Assembly (NCBI GenBank): GCA_050951805.1
Contig: JBMNJT010000002.1
Coordinates: forward strand, 96,001 to 160,000
Source of the DNA: Bacillota bacterium
GTDB lineage: Bacteria; Bacillota; DTU025
Direction: 5' to 3'
Length of the DNA stretch: 64,000 bases
Within the stretch, counting starts at the first letter, position 1. Every line of letters starts with the position of its first letter. The notes below the pieces were generated by a model that saw only the letters and a program-made list of their open reading frames with translations, did not search any database and was not told the DNA's origin. The translations under genes and the position numbers were made by a program. This document shows positions 30,397-39,749 of this stretch, one piece after another.

Positions 30397-30901
30397 AGCT
30401 CTTCCCCCCTCCACCTATTAAGAGATGGGCGGGGGCGAAAAGGTTGCACTCCACTATGTTTATATTAGCGTTCTTGCTTTTGTAGAGGAATGTTAGTATG
30501 TTACGGCATTAGGAGAGCAGAGGTGGTGATTGTCCATGGCCCATTGCGTTTTGCGCGTGGCGGCATGTTGCAGCAGGCGGGGGGTTGTGGCGGGGAGGGG
30601 TGAGCAGATGGTGGTCGTTTCTTAGGGGGAGTAACACGCACCCGGTCATTACCCCCCGAAACTGACTCCATGTTAATCACTCCTCCTCCCGGGCGTACTG
30701 TACGTAGCTGGCTGACCCGGGCTTTCCGTGTTGGGGTGGTGAGTGGCCCACTGGCGGTCATTCTGCGAACGAAATGAATGCCAGAGAGTCGTACTTCGCC
30801 TAAATTGACCCTTTGCGGGTCATTTATCAGGTGAGCTCCGGAAACTCTCGTCCATCCCCATCCAACTGATATATGTTCGAGCAGGCATCTCGGGCTGGTG
30901 T

Positions 30902-31615
30902 CTAAGCGCCTTCGCCGTACATGATTATCACAAACTCAAGTCCATCTTCGTCATCTGTCCAGAAGCTGTGGGCGGTGTTCGCCGGTATTATGTATGCTTC
31001 TCCTTCTGCGAACCTGTATTCTGTGTGTCCGAGCTTTATGGAGCCCTCTCCTTTTGTGCCGATGACAAGAGTGTTGAAGGGATTGTACTGGTCGTCCTCT
31101 TTTTCGTTGATGACCATGCCCTGTTCCACTCTGTACCAGGCTGTTCTGAGGCCTGAAGTATATACCAAAGGCACTGCGTATCCGCCATGCACCACCCTGG
31201 CGTGGTCCTTGCCAAATAGTATCTTCTCCGGTTCTCCGATTACGAAGAAGTGAAATGCGAAATCCATTAGGTCCAAGTCTTTTGGCGGGCTATAGCCATC
31301 GATGAACCTGACATCGAGCGGGGCGTAGTCGTTCATCTTGGCTCTTCCTGCGGCGGTTAGGAAATGCATCTTCCCCAAGTAGATGTCTTCCAGTGTTTTA
31401 GCTGTGCTCACAAGGTAGAATGTGGGCTTGGAAGGCTTGCAGTTCGCAATCGTGTAGCTGCCTTCCTTCTGTATAGAGACCGTCCACCATTGGCCGTCAT
31501 TGATGAGGAAACCGAAGGAGATGTCAACCGGGTTTGGGGTTTTGGCGATGTAGGACGTGCAGAAACCCTCCAACATCTCCCGAACTGGCAGATTGGCGCT
31601 CTTGTCAATTTCCAT
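30902..31615 (-). CDS. SCP2-like N-terminal domain plus C-terminal cupin protein
   Basis: C-terminal cupin (GTKGEGSIKLG..FAEGEAYIIPANTAHSF); N-terminal pattern WWTVSI..PTFYLVS..TLEDIYLGKMHFLTA resembles SCP2. Confidence 0.6.
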   Translation of the reverse strand: MEIDKSANLPVREMLEGFCTSYIAKTPNPVDISFGFLINDGQWWTVSIQKEGSYTIANCKPSKPTFYLVSTAKTLEDIYLGKMHFLTAAGRAKMNDYAPLDVRFIDGYSPPKDLDLMDFAFHFFVIGEPEKILFGKDHARVVHGGYAVPLVYTSGLRTAWYRVEQGMVINEKEDDQYNPFNTLVIGTKGEGSIKLGHTEYRFAEGEAYIIPANTAHSFWTDDEDGLEFVIIMYGEGA

Positions 31616-31654
31616 GTGGATCGCTCCTTTTGCATGAGTTTAAGCTCTTTTTTC

Positions 31655-32785
31655 TCATCTGAACATCGCATTCAGATAGGCCACCATGCCGAGGTCGCCG
31701 TCGATCTCGATGCGCCCCCGCGTCATGAATGCTTCGGGAGAGAGAAAGCCTGTCATCAGGCCTTCAAAATCGGCTTTGCTCAATGCAAGCCTGAGGTCTG
31801 CCTCTTCCTTTGCGCCTTGTTCTATCTCCACTTTGTGTTGGCCTTTTGAAACATGATAGGTTATGCCATCATCGGTGAAACATATTTCGATGATTCCGTC
31901 CTTCAGTGTGCCTGCGTTGTGCTCCAATTTGCGTTTTGCCACTTCGAACAGATCATCGAGTGACTTGTTGCCGTGCTCTGGTGCTTGAGGGCCTTCTTCA
32001 GGGGCGAGCGACCACAGATCCTCCAGTCCGTCGGTGACGGTCGGAGGGAGGTTGAGCCTTTCGGCCACTACGTATGCCGCGATGTCATGCTGGATCCACA
32101 AGGTTATTGGCATGATGATCCCCGGCAGGGTTGAGGAGAGTCCGTAGGTATCGTCTGGTCCGGCAATCTGCGCCATGAGGCCCTCGTCCTGGTCTGCTAC
32201 AAGGCCCATCCATCTGCCATACACCGCTGCTTGCAGGTATTGGAGGGGGCTGACGTAGTGCTCTACGGCGTCCTCTACTATACCTTTGCCTTCCCCGTAA
32301 ACGAGGGTGAAAACTTTGACGCCCCTCGATTTCGCTTTTGCGATTTCGCCAGCCAGGCGGGGAAGGTCTTCGGCAAATACCGATATGTACAGCCTTCTCT
32401 GTGATCTTGCGCACATTCTCTCTGCGGTTTCCGTCACTAGATCGTATCCTGTGACGACCGAAAAAGGGTCTTCTGTCCGCCCTTTGCTAAGCCTGTCCAA
32501 TTCGACGGAGAGATAGGTGGTGAGATCCAATAGCTCATCCTGAAATCGGGCTATAAGGCTGTGGTGAGAGATTGGAGTGTAGTATTGCTTCCCGTCGACT
32601 GATAGTGAATATGCGGCTTTTTTTCGCACCAATGACTCAAGGGTTTCGTATACTTTGGCTCGTGGCACCCCCGACAATTTGCTGGCCTCGTATCCTGTAA
32701 TGCTTGGCTGTTTGACGAGGGCAGCGTATATCTTGGCTTCGTATTCAGTCAGGCCCATTTGCTGAAGACCGCTTATCAGATCCAT
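31655..32785 (-). CDS. TrmB-family transcriptional regulator with C-terminal SCP2-like domain
   Basis: TrmB HTH GLTEYEAKIYAAL..SGVPRAKVYETLESLVRK; central effector domain (SRGVKV); C-terminal EADLRLALSKADFEGLMTGFLSPEAFMTRGRIEIDGD. Confidence 0.8.
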   Translation of the reverse strand: MDLISGLQQMGLTEYEAKIYAALVKQPSITGYEASKLSGVPRAKVYETLESLVRKKAAYSLSVDGKQYYTPISHHSLIARFQDELLDLTTYLSVELDRLSKGRTEDPFSVVTGYDLVTETAERMCARSQRRLYISVFAEDLPRLAGEIAKAKSRGVKVFTLVYGEGKGIVEDAVEHYVSPLQYLQAAVYGRWMGLVADQDEGLMAQIAGPDDTYGLSSTLPGIIMPITLWIQHDIAAYVVAERLNLPPTVTDGLEDLWSLAPEEGPQAPEHGNKSLDDLFEVAKRKLEHNAGTLKDGIIEICFTDDGITYHVSKGQHKVEIEQGAKEEADLRLALSKADFEGLMTGFLSPEAFMTRGRIEIDGDLGMVAYLNAMFR

Positions 32786-32802
32786 GGCAACCTCCCAGCG
32801 GA

Positions 32803-32826
32803 TAGTAACTACTAAAGTAGTTACTA
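32803..32826. promoter_or_regulatory. Perfect inverted repeat, probable TrmB autoregulatory operator
   Basis: TAGTAACTACT-AA-AGTAGTTACTA between the -10 box and RBS of the trmB gene. Confidence 0.7.
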
Positions 32827-32838
32827 AACTGCCATTTC

Positions 32839-32867
32839 ATTATCTATCAGCGCCAAGCAGATGTCAA
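32839..32867 (-). promoter_or_regulatory. sigmaA promoter of the trmB-SCP2 operon
   Basis: Minus strand reads TTGACA-N17-GATAAT. Confidence 0.65.
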
Positions 32868-32940
32868 GCACTAGAACTTGCGTTTTATGCCTAGGAGCCG
32901 ATATGTAAATTGAAGGGATTTGAGGTAGAGTAGTACTTAG

Positions 32941-32968
32941 TTGACATGTATATGTGCCGTGATACATT
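32941..32968 (+). promoter_or_regulatory. sigmaA promoter of the SCP2-ADH-AOR operon
   Basis: TTGACA-N16-TACATT with extended -10 TG. Confidence 0.55.
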
Positions 32969-33307
32969 CTAATCAGCTGGGGGAAATACGGATGGGGGAG
33001 GTGGCGTGACAGGATTGAGGCGTCTTTTCAAGGAAGACAAGCTATATATAGGCAACTCGGACTGGAGCTGAGAGCATCCGCTAGTTCCGATAATGAGGAT
33101 GCTCATTAGTGGCCTGCTGATTGTGTGGTAGGGTGTTGCCGAGCACGATAGTGATCAGACGGGCAACTGTCACTTTGGTGTGCAGATAAATCGCTAAAAC
33201 GGGGTGTTCTTTCCCGCGTTGTCCGCCTATATCCAGCTATGCAGCGGGCACGATGCGCGGTATGGGCGAGAGCGAGTATACACAAAGGAAAGAGAGGGGT
33301 CAGCGAT

Positions 33308-33823
33308 TTGGCCAGCGCTTATCGGGAGATAAGGCCACCGGCAAAGAGGTTTGAGAGAAGCTGTGTTTCGGTTCTGCTGTGGTTTGTGGGCAGAGGGTTT
33401 CAGGCGGCCGCCCATGTAGACAAACATGTGCAGGACGAGGTGTGCGGATGGAAAGATGGGACTATTATCGCTATAGGAGTTGCGCCTTGCGGCCCGCACA
33501 TGAGCGTCAGAAAAACTGGCAACAGGTTGCGTTTCCTCGGCAATGTGAAAGCTCCGGACGCGGACGCTGTCATCGAATTCAAGAGCCTCGATGCCGCTCT
33601 GCTCGTCCTTACCGGACAGATCGGAATCGACCGGGCTTACGCGGAACATAGATTCTCTTTGAAAGGGGATCTGTTTTCCATAGGCATGCCGCTCGTTAGG
33701 TGCCTCTACATTGTGGAGTCGTACCTCTTCCCCAAAAGCATTGCCAAGAAGATTCTGAAGAGATGGCCAAAGAGGAGTTCCTCTGGGTTTGCAGTCTATT
33801 TCCACACCATTTTCGGGGTGTAA
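33308..33823 (+). CDS. Hypothetical SCP2-like protein
   Basis: TTG after GAGAGGGG; DADAVIEFKSLDAALLVLTGQIGIDRAYAEHRFSLKGDL resembles the SCP2 C-terminal half; first gene of the operon. Confidence 0.55.
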   Translation: MASAYREIRPPAKRFERSCVSVLLWFVGRGFQAAAHVDKHVQDEVCGWKDGTIIAIGVAPCGPHMSVRKTGNRLRFLGNVKAPDADAVIEFKSLDAALLVLTGQIGIDRAYAEHRFSLKGDLFSIGMPLVRCLYIVESYLFPKSIAKKILKRWPKRSSSGFAVYFHTIFGV

Positions 33824-33840
33824 TAGAAGGAGGCTGAAGA

Positions 33841-35022
33841 ATGATTCCTTCTTATTATGAATTCATAAACTCTGTGAAGATACTATCAGGCAAGAATGCT
33901 CTTGAGAATATTCCGGCAGAACTCAGGGGATTCGAGGCCCGAAAGCCAATCCTGCTCACCGACAAGATGCTGGTCAAGATAGGCCTGGCGCAGCAGGTCG
34001 TAGATGCGTGCGGCGGATCTGAAATTGTGATCGGCGCCATGTATGATGATATCCCCCCTGATTCCTCAGTGGAAGTGGTCAATGACATAGTCCGTGTTTA
34101 TCGCGAAACGGGATGCGATTCGGTCATTGCTGTTGGGGGAGGTTCGGTGATAGATACCGCTAAAGGCGTATGTATTTGCTTAACCGAGGGGACTGATGAC
34201 CTTCTCGACCACATGGGTGTCGATATTCTGAGGAGACGTAAGACGCCTTTCGTGGTAGTGCCTACCACTGCGGGGACCGGTTCCGAGGTTACCGGGGTCG
34301 CTGTGATCGCAAACCCTGCAAAGAATGTGAAGATGGAATTTGTATCGGCCAACATTCTGCCTGATGTTGCTGTCCTCGATGTGAGGATGACAAAGTCGCT
34401 CCCGCCACGTCTCACTGCGTCCACTGGCATGGATGCTCTTGTGCATGCTATTGAGGCCTATACGTGTCTGCAGAGGAATCCCTTGAGCGATGCACATGCT
34501 CATGCGGCCATCAACCTGATCCGGAAGTATCTGCCCCGAGCAGTTCGAGACGGCAAGGACGAGGAAGCCCGGCTTGCCATGGCCAATGCATCGCTTCTGG
34601 CAGGTGTCGCTTTCTCCAACTCCATGGTGGGCATAGTCCATGCCGTGGGCCATGCATGCGGAGGGGTGTTGCGGGCGCCACACGGAGACTGCATGGCGAT
34701 ATTGCTTCCTTACGGGATGGAATATAATCTGAGTGCAGTGTCGGAGCGCTATGCGGAACTCCTTCTGCCATTGGCTGGACCGGAAGTATATGCGCGAACT
34801 TCTGCGTCGCAGAGGGCTGAAAAGTCGATTGAGACTGTTCGGGAGATGAGTGCAGAATACAGCAGGATCTGTGGGCTTCCGACTAAGCTGAGGGAGGTTG
34901 GCGTGAAAAAGGAGGATTTTTCGGCAATAGCCAGGGCGGCTGTGAATGATGGCGCTATGATAGTTAATCCGGTTGAAGCGGATGAAGACGACGTGCTGGG
35001 CATCTTGGAGAAAGCCTATTGA
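33841..35022 (+). CDS. Iron-containing alcohol dehydrogenase
   Basis: AVGGGSVIDTAK, VPTTAGTGSEVT, GMDALVHAIEAY, VHAVGH, HG. Confidence 0.95.
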   Translation: MIPSYYEFINSVKILSGKNALENIPAELRGFEARKPILLTDKMLVKIGLAQQVVDACGGSEIVIGAMYDDIPPDSSVEVVNDIVRVYRETGCDSVIAVGGGSVIDTAKGVCICLTEGTDDLLDHMGVDILRRRKTPFVVVPTTAGTGSEVTGVAVIANPAKNVKMEFVSANILPDVAVLDVRMTKSLPPRLTASTGMDALVHAIEAYTCLQRNPLSDAHAHAAINLIRKYLPRAVRDGKDEEARLAMANASLLAGVAFSNSMVGIVHAVGHACGGVLRAPHGDCMAILLPYGMEYNLSAVSERYAELLLPLAGPEVYARTSASQRAEKSIETVREMSAEYSRICGLPTKLREVGVKKEDFSAIARAAVNDGAMIVNPVEADEDDVLGILEKAY

Positions 35023-35040
35023 TGGGAGGCTGGAGAGGCT

Positions 35041-36945
35041 ATGGAGGGTCGATATAGGGGCTATGCAGGAGAGACTTTGTTGATAGACTTGGGTTCGCGC
35101 CAAGTGTCAACATATCCATGGACCGACCTGGAACGGGAGCTGTATCTGGGCGGCAAGATCATGGCGGCTAAGATAATGCATGACATAGTGGATCCCGAAG
35201 TGGAGCCGTTTTCCCCTGAAAACCCGCTGGTTGTGACCACAGGCCCTCTCACTGGGTCAGGGGCGCCCAGCTCCAGCAGGTTCAACATCTCCACATTGTC
35301 GCCTCTCACAAACCTTTTGACATCGTCCAACTGCGGCGGGAATTTCGGGTTCCACCTGAAGAAGGCTGGGTTCGACGGCGTAATAATTACTGGTAAATCT
35401 CCGGAACCTGTCTGGATAGAGATAGACGATGGCAAGGTCGTTTTCCACGACGCCGGAGAGCTTTGGGGAAAGACGACAGGGGAAACTCAGGAGGCTCTTC
35501 CGAAGAACGCAGGGAAGATGGTGATAGGCCCGGCTGGCGAAAACCTCGTGCTTTATGCGTCTATTGTGAGCCAGGAGCGAGTTGCCGGGCGGGCGGGGGT
35601 TGGGGCGGTAATGGGGTCGAAGAACTTGAAGGCTGTTACTGCTCGCGGAAGCAGGAGGATGGTTCTTTACGATGAGGAGAAGGCAAAGGAGATATTCAAA
35701 GAGTGGGTCAAGGCACTCAGGGGGCATCCATTGACAGGGGTGCAACTTCCTCAACTGGGGTCGGCGGGGCTCGTGGCCCCGATGCAGTACAACAAGATAC
35801 TTGCGACGAGAAACTTTGCTCGCGGCCGATTTGACGAGTTTGAGGCCGTATCCGGAGAGACGCTGCGGGAAAAGCATCTTATAAGGAACAAGGGATGCAT
35901 TACGTGCCCCATCCAATGCGGAAGGGTGGTGGAGGTGGACGGCAAGGAGGTAAAAGGCCCTGAGCTCGAAACTTTGGGGCTGCTCGGGCCGAACCTGGAG
36001 AACTCCAATCTCGAGCTTATTCTGGAATGGAACTATCTTTTGGACGAGCTCGGCATGGATACCATATCCGCCGGCAGCACTGTTGGATTTGCCATGGAGC
36101 TTAATGAAAAGGGTTTGTGGGACAATGGCCTCGCCTTTGGCGAGGTGGACAACCTTGCAGACGTGTTCAGGCAGATCGCCTGCAGGGAAGGGATTGGGGA
36201 TCTTCTGGCCGATGGGACCAAGCGCCTTTCCGAGAGGTTCGGCGGCCGGGAGTTTGCTATACACTCCAAGGGCTTGGAGCTGTCAGCGTATGAACCGCGG
36301 CGTTCAGTCGGGATGGGGCTGGGCTATGCCACATCGAACAGGGGAGGATGCCATCTAAACGGGGGATACCTGGTTCTCCTTGAAGGGCTGGCACTCAATA
36401 TCGACCCGTTGACGACGAACTCAAAGGCGGCGTTGACCATTCTTTTTCAGAACATTATGGAGGCGGTGTCGGCGGGAGGGAGCTGTCTGTTCACGTGTTA
36501 CCTTGCCATGCCCGCGTTCATGCTGGAGGATGCGAACGCATGGACAACTAGGTGGATCAATCGCGCACTCACTCGCCACGGCCATCTGATGGGAGCTGTT
36601 GCGAAGATGCCGGGCTGGATGATGCCGTTTCACTTTCCCGGCCTCTGGCATACGCAGGCTCTTACTGCTGTAACCGGGATGAAGATGACCTTCGGGAGGT
36701 TTAAGGAGATAGGAGAGAGAGGATATAATCTCGAACGCATGTTCAACGCGAAAAGGGGAGTGACGGCGGCAGATGATGCGTTGCCGAAACGCCTCACCGA
36801 TGACCTGCAGGATCCTGAGGTTCCCGGAAGCAGGGTCCCGCTTGATGACCTGAAAAAGGAGTACTACAAACTGAGAGGTTGGGATTTTAACGGGCTGCCC
36901 AAGAAAGAGAAGCTGCGCAAGCTTGGCCTGGCGGGGGTGGATTGA
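35041..36945 (+). CDS. Aldehyde:ferredoxin oxidoreductase (W/Mo-pterin, AOR family)
   Basis: SPLT, IGPAGEN, AGRAGVGAVMGSKNLKA, CITCPIQC, DELGMDTIS, NRGGCH, ERMFN, YYKLRGWD. Confidence 0.95.
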   Translation: MEGRYRGYAGETLLIDLGSRQVSTYPWTDLERELYLGGKIMAAKIMHDIVDPEVEPFSPENPLVVTTGPLTGSGAPSSSRFNISTLSPLTNLLTSSNCGGNFGFHLKKAGFDGVIITGKSPEPVWIEIDDGKVVFHDAGELWGKTTGETQEALPKNAGKMVIGPAGENLVLYASIVSQERVAGRAGVGAVMGSKNLKAVTARGSRRMVLYDEEKAKEIFKEWVKALRGHPLTGVQLPQLGSAGLVAPMQYNKILATRNFARGRFDEFEAVSGETLREKHLIRNKGCITCPIQCGRVVEVDGKEVKGPELETLGLLGPNLENSNLELILEWNYLLDELGMDTISAGSTVGFAMELNEKGLWDNGLAFGEVDNLADVFRQIACREGIGDLLADGTKRLSERFGGREFAIHSKGLELSAYEPRRSVGMGLGYATSNRGGCHLNGGYLVLLEGLALNIDPLTTNSKAALTILFQNIMEAVSAGGSCLFTCYLAMPAFMLEDANAWTTRWINRALTRHGHLMGAVAKMPGWMMPFHFPGLWHTQALTAVTGMKMTFGRFKEIGERGYNLERMFNAKRGVTAADDALPKRLTDDLQDPEVPGSRVPLDDLKKEYYKLRGWDFNGLPKKEKLRKLGLAGVD

Positions 36946-36948
36946 TTC

Positions 36949-37206
36949 ATGATTGAGGTGCGCATCTATGGCCCGCTCAGGGAGAGATTGGGTACGGGTT
37001 CGCTCGAAGTTGAGGCATCGCGGGCGGGCTCCGTCGGCGAACTGCTTGCCGTGGTAAGCGAAGTCACTGAAGCGGCCAGTCTGTCGGAGCTGCGCAAAGC
37101 GTCAGTTTTCGTGAATGGGACGAATATCGTAGATTTGAGGCTGTTCAGGACTGCTCTGTTGCCCGGGGATGAAGTGGTATTGCTTTCGCCGTCGGGAGGC
37201 GGGTAG
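36949..37206 (+). CDS. MoaD/ThiS-family sulfur carrier
   Basis: Ubiquitin-like, VFVNG, GDEVVLLSPSGGG C-terminal GG. Confidence 0.9.
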   Translation: MIEVRIYGPLRERLGTGSLEVEASRAGSVGELLAVVSEVTEAASLSELRKASVFVNGTNIVDLRLFRTALLPGDEVVLLSPSGGG

Positions 37207-37414
37207 AAGGCAGGAGCGGTGCCCAAGGTTCACCTCAAAAAGAGATGACAAGGCCCTTACGTTCAGATGCCCTCAGGTCTGTTTGGTGAATCTTGATATT
37301 GAGTCCGGCATGATTTTTAGCCGGCCTTACAGTTGCAGAAGGTGTTGGGGATTGGCGATGTCCCCATCGGAGCATGGCCGAACGGTTCACTTGGGGAGGC
37401 AAATTGCTAATAGA

Positions 37415-37438
37415 AGAGCCCTGCAGGAGCAGGGCTCT
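37415..37438. terminator. Hairpin between convergent moaD and MCP genes
   Basis: 10-bp stem AGAGCCCTGC/GCAGGGCTCT. Confidence 0.55.
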
Positions 37439-37469
37439 CTAACACAACGTAGCCTAGTTCAAAGCGCAA

Positions 37470-39338
37470 CTAGGCGACCTTGAACTTGGCGACGTCATTC
37501 ATCATCTTATGCGCCATGTCGGCCATCAGCTCGGACGCGGCATGAATTTCACGTATTGAGGCGTTCACTTCCTCGGAGGATGCGGATACCTCTTCGATTG
37601 AGGCTGCGTTTTCTTCGGATATGGCAGCGATGTTCTCTACGGATTTTTGCACTTCTGCCATGCCTGCCGCCATCTGCTGGGCTGCAGCGGCATTTTCATC
37701 GGATACGGCAACCACTTGGCTCATGCCCTGATTGACTTGGATTGTGTCATTCATCAGTGCTTCTCCTAGTGTGGCTGTCGAGCCTGCAACAGCAAGGTTG
37801 TTCTGAGCGTTCTTTCGTATGACCTCTAAAGAGGCGGTTGCTGCTGATACTACAGGCACGCTTTTCTCTATCAGCTCTCCTGATGCAACAATAGCTTTGG
37901 CAACACGTCCAGTATCAGCTACTGTTCTCTCTATCAGCTTGGAGATGGTCTTGGTTTCTTCAAGCGATCCTTCTGCAAGTTTGCGCACTTCTTCAGCAAC
38001 TACCGCAAAACCTCGACCCTGTTCGCCGGCGCGCGCTGCCTCTATGGCTGCATTTAGGGCCAACAGATTGGTTTGGTCTGCGATGTCGCTTATTACTTGA
38101 ACAACCTGCCCAATCTGGCGTGAGCTTTCGTCTAGGCCTTTCGCTGCGCTTTCCACTTCGGCCGAAGCTTGTCGGATTTGGTTCATTATGTATTCAACCT
38201 CTTGGACAGATGCGTTACCTTCCTCAGCAGACTTGACGGTAATTTCCATATCCTTTTGCAGCTCTTTGAGGAAACCCGTCACTTTGCTGAGTTCTTCGGT
38301 CATGCGATCTACCAGTTCGGATGTGTTTTTCACTTGCATCATTTGAGTTTCGGCGCCTGACGCAACCTGATTCACGCTGGCCATTATCTGTTCACTGGCG
38401 GCTGCTGTCTCGTTTGCAGAAGAGCTTTCCTGCTCGGCGGCGTTTGCCATTTGCTGCACGGTTGCTGCTATCTGATCCACGGCTTGGGCTGATTCCCCGG
38501 CGGCCGCTGACAGCTGGGAGCTTGATCCGGCAACCTGCTCTGCAGTGCCCTGAACTTCGCGGACAAGGCTTGCGAGATTCTCCGTCATTCGACGCACAGA
38601 CTCATTTAGGGCTTCAATTTCGTCCCCTGTCTCGATCGATGGGATGGCGACAGTAAGGTCACCCATTGACATGAGGTCTGCTGCTGCCTGTATTCTTTCG
38701 ACTGGTACAGCAATGTTCTTCGAGAGGATTATGGTTAGGGCAATTACAGCCGCTAATGCGATTACCAGGCATATCCCGATGATGATCAGACCGTTTCGGG
38801 CTATTCTGTTTGCTTCTGCAATCCATTCATCGTTCACGTTGACGATGTAATCGCGCCAGCTGTTGATCGAATCGGTTAGTGCTGCGTTGGCAAAGGTTTC
38901 TTCGTCGATGAGCAGATTCACGGCCTGGTCCACAGAGCCATCGCTGATTGCGATGAACATTCGGTTTGCCATGTCCCTGTACATGGATTCAAAATCCATT
39001 ATGGCGTCTCTATATTCTATGGACTGGGCGTGTAGATCATAGTCATCCATGGCCTGCAGAGCCTTATCGATGCTCTCATTGATGGACTCGTATTCTGAGA
39101 TGCAGAATTCGTCCTGGGTGAGGATGTAGTCTCGGAGCACGACGCTTCTTTCCAACATGTGTGCACGGACCGTCAATATCTGTGTTTCAAGAGGGAGGCT
39201 TAGCTTGATGATATCTGTGTAGCGTTGAGCCGTTCTCTGGTTTGACCAGATGCCTGCAGCTGCAACGCCAACGGCCAGTGCTAACACTATTACGTAAGAG
39301 AAGATCAGTTTTTTGCGAATGCTCAATTTCAACCGCAT
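37470..39338 (-). CDS. Methyl-accepting chemotaxis protein (helical sensor, HAMP, signalling domain)
   Basis: Two TM helices, HAMP (GDLTV..DEIEAL), [38 protein letters not shown]; RBS GGAGGTG before ATG 39338. Confidence 0.95.
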   Translation of the reverse strand: MRLKLSIRKKLIFSYVIVLALAVGVAAAGIWSNQRTAQRYTDIIKLSLPLETQILTVRAHMLERSVVLRDYILTQDEFCISEYESINESIDKALQAMDDYDLHAQSIEYRDAIMDFESMYRDMANRMFIAISDGSVDQAVNLLIDEETFANAALTDSINSWRDYIVNVNDEWIAEANRIARNGLIIIGICLVIALAAVIALTIILSKNIAVPVERIQAAADLMSMGDLTVAIPSIETGDEIEALNESVRRMTENLASLVREVQGTAEQVAGSSSQLSAAAGESAQAVDQIAATVQQMANAAEQESSSANETAAASEQIMASVNQVASGAETQMMQVKNTSELVDRMTEELSKVTGFLKELQKDMEITVKSAEEGNASVQEVEYIMNQIRQASAEVESAAKGLDESSRQIGQVVQVISDIADQTNLLALNAAIEAARAGEQGRGFAVVAEEVRKLAEGSLEETKTISKLIERTVADTGRVAKAIVASGELIEKSVPVVSAATASLEVIRKNAQNNLAVAGSTATLGEALMNDTIQVNQGMSQVVAVSDENAAAAQQMAAGMAEVQKSVENIAAISEENAASIEEVSASSEEVNASIREIHAASELMADMAHKMMNDVAKFKVA

Positions 39339-39366
39339 TGCACCTCCATGGCTTCGCTTAATACCT

Positions 39367-39394
39367 TTATCGGCAGGTTTGAGCAGGATCTTCA
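39367..39394 (-). promoter_or_regulatory. sigma28 (FliA/SigD) promoter of the MCP gene
   Basis: Minus strand reads TGAAG-N15-GCCGATAA, with a consensus sigma28 -10 box. Confidence 0.7.
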
Positions 39395-39749
39395 CAGGAA
39401 AAAATGTGTCGGAAGGACACTACATGGATGGTATAGACCGGATATAGCCAAACATTCAAGTGTGTGGGGAAACCAAGATAGATGTTGGTATTATGCCTGC
39501 AACGAGTTGCATTCCGGCTCGGGGCGCGGCATCACGCAAGGAGCAAATGTTGTGAAAAACACCAGGATTTCGAGAAGGACATATGGCGCAGGACGATAAT
39601 ATGTAATGTGACTAGAGGCGTGCCGGTATGCGCTTTCCGGTATTAGACAGCCTGCCAACACGTACTATGACGACACAAAATGGTTCCACTCATTCTCACA
39701 CTTGACATGCTAACCAACCTGGTGCATTAAGCAGCTTGAACCGGAACCG

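Noticed and set aside
30760-30850. Resemblance to a glycine riboswitch or hammerhead ribozyme
   Set aside because: Core motifs (CCGAAG..CTCTCAGG; CUGANGA..GAAA) are not properly matched; kept only as an unassigned hairpin.
409-38850. Many antisense or alternate-frame ORFs overlapping called genes (e.g. 35257-36264, 34180-35103, 20881-21675)
   Set aside because: No recognisable motifs; expected shadow ORFs in GC-rich coding DNA.
39400-39600. Possible c-di-GMP riboswitch upstream of the MCP gene
   Set aside because: No GEMM consensus seen, and the sigma28 promoter lies only ~30 nt from the start codon.
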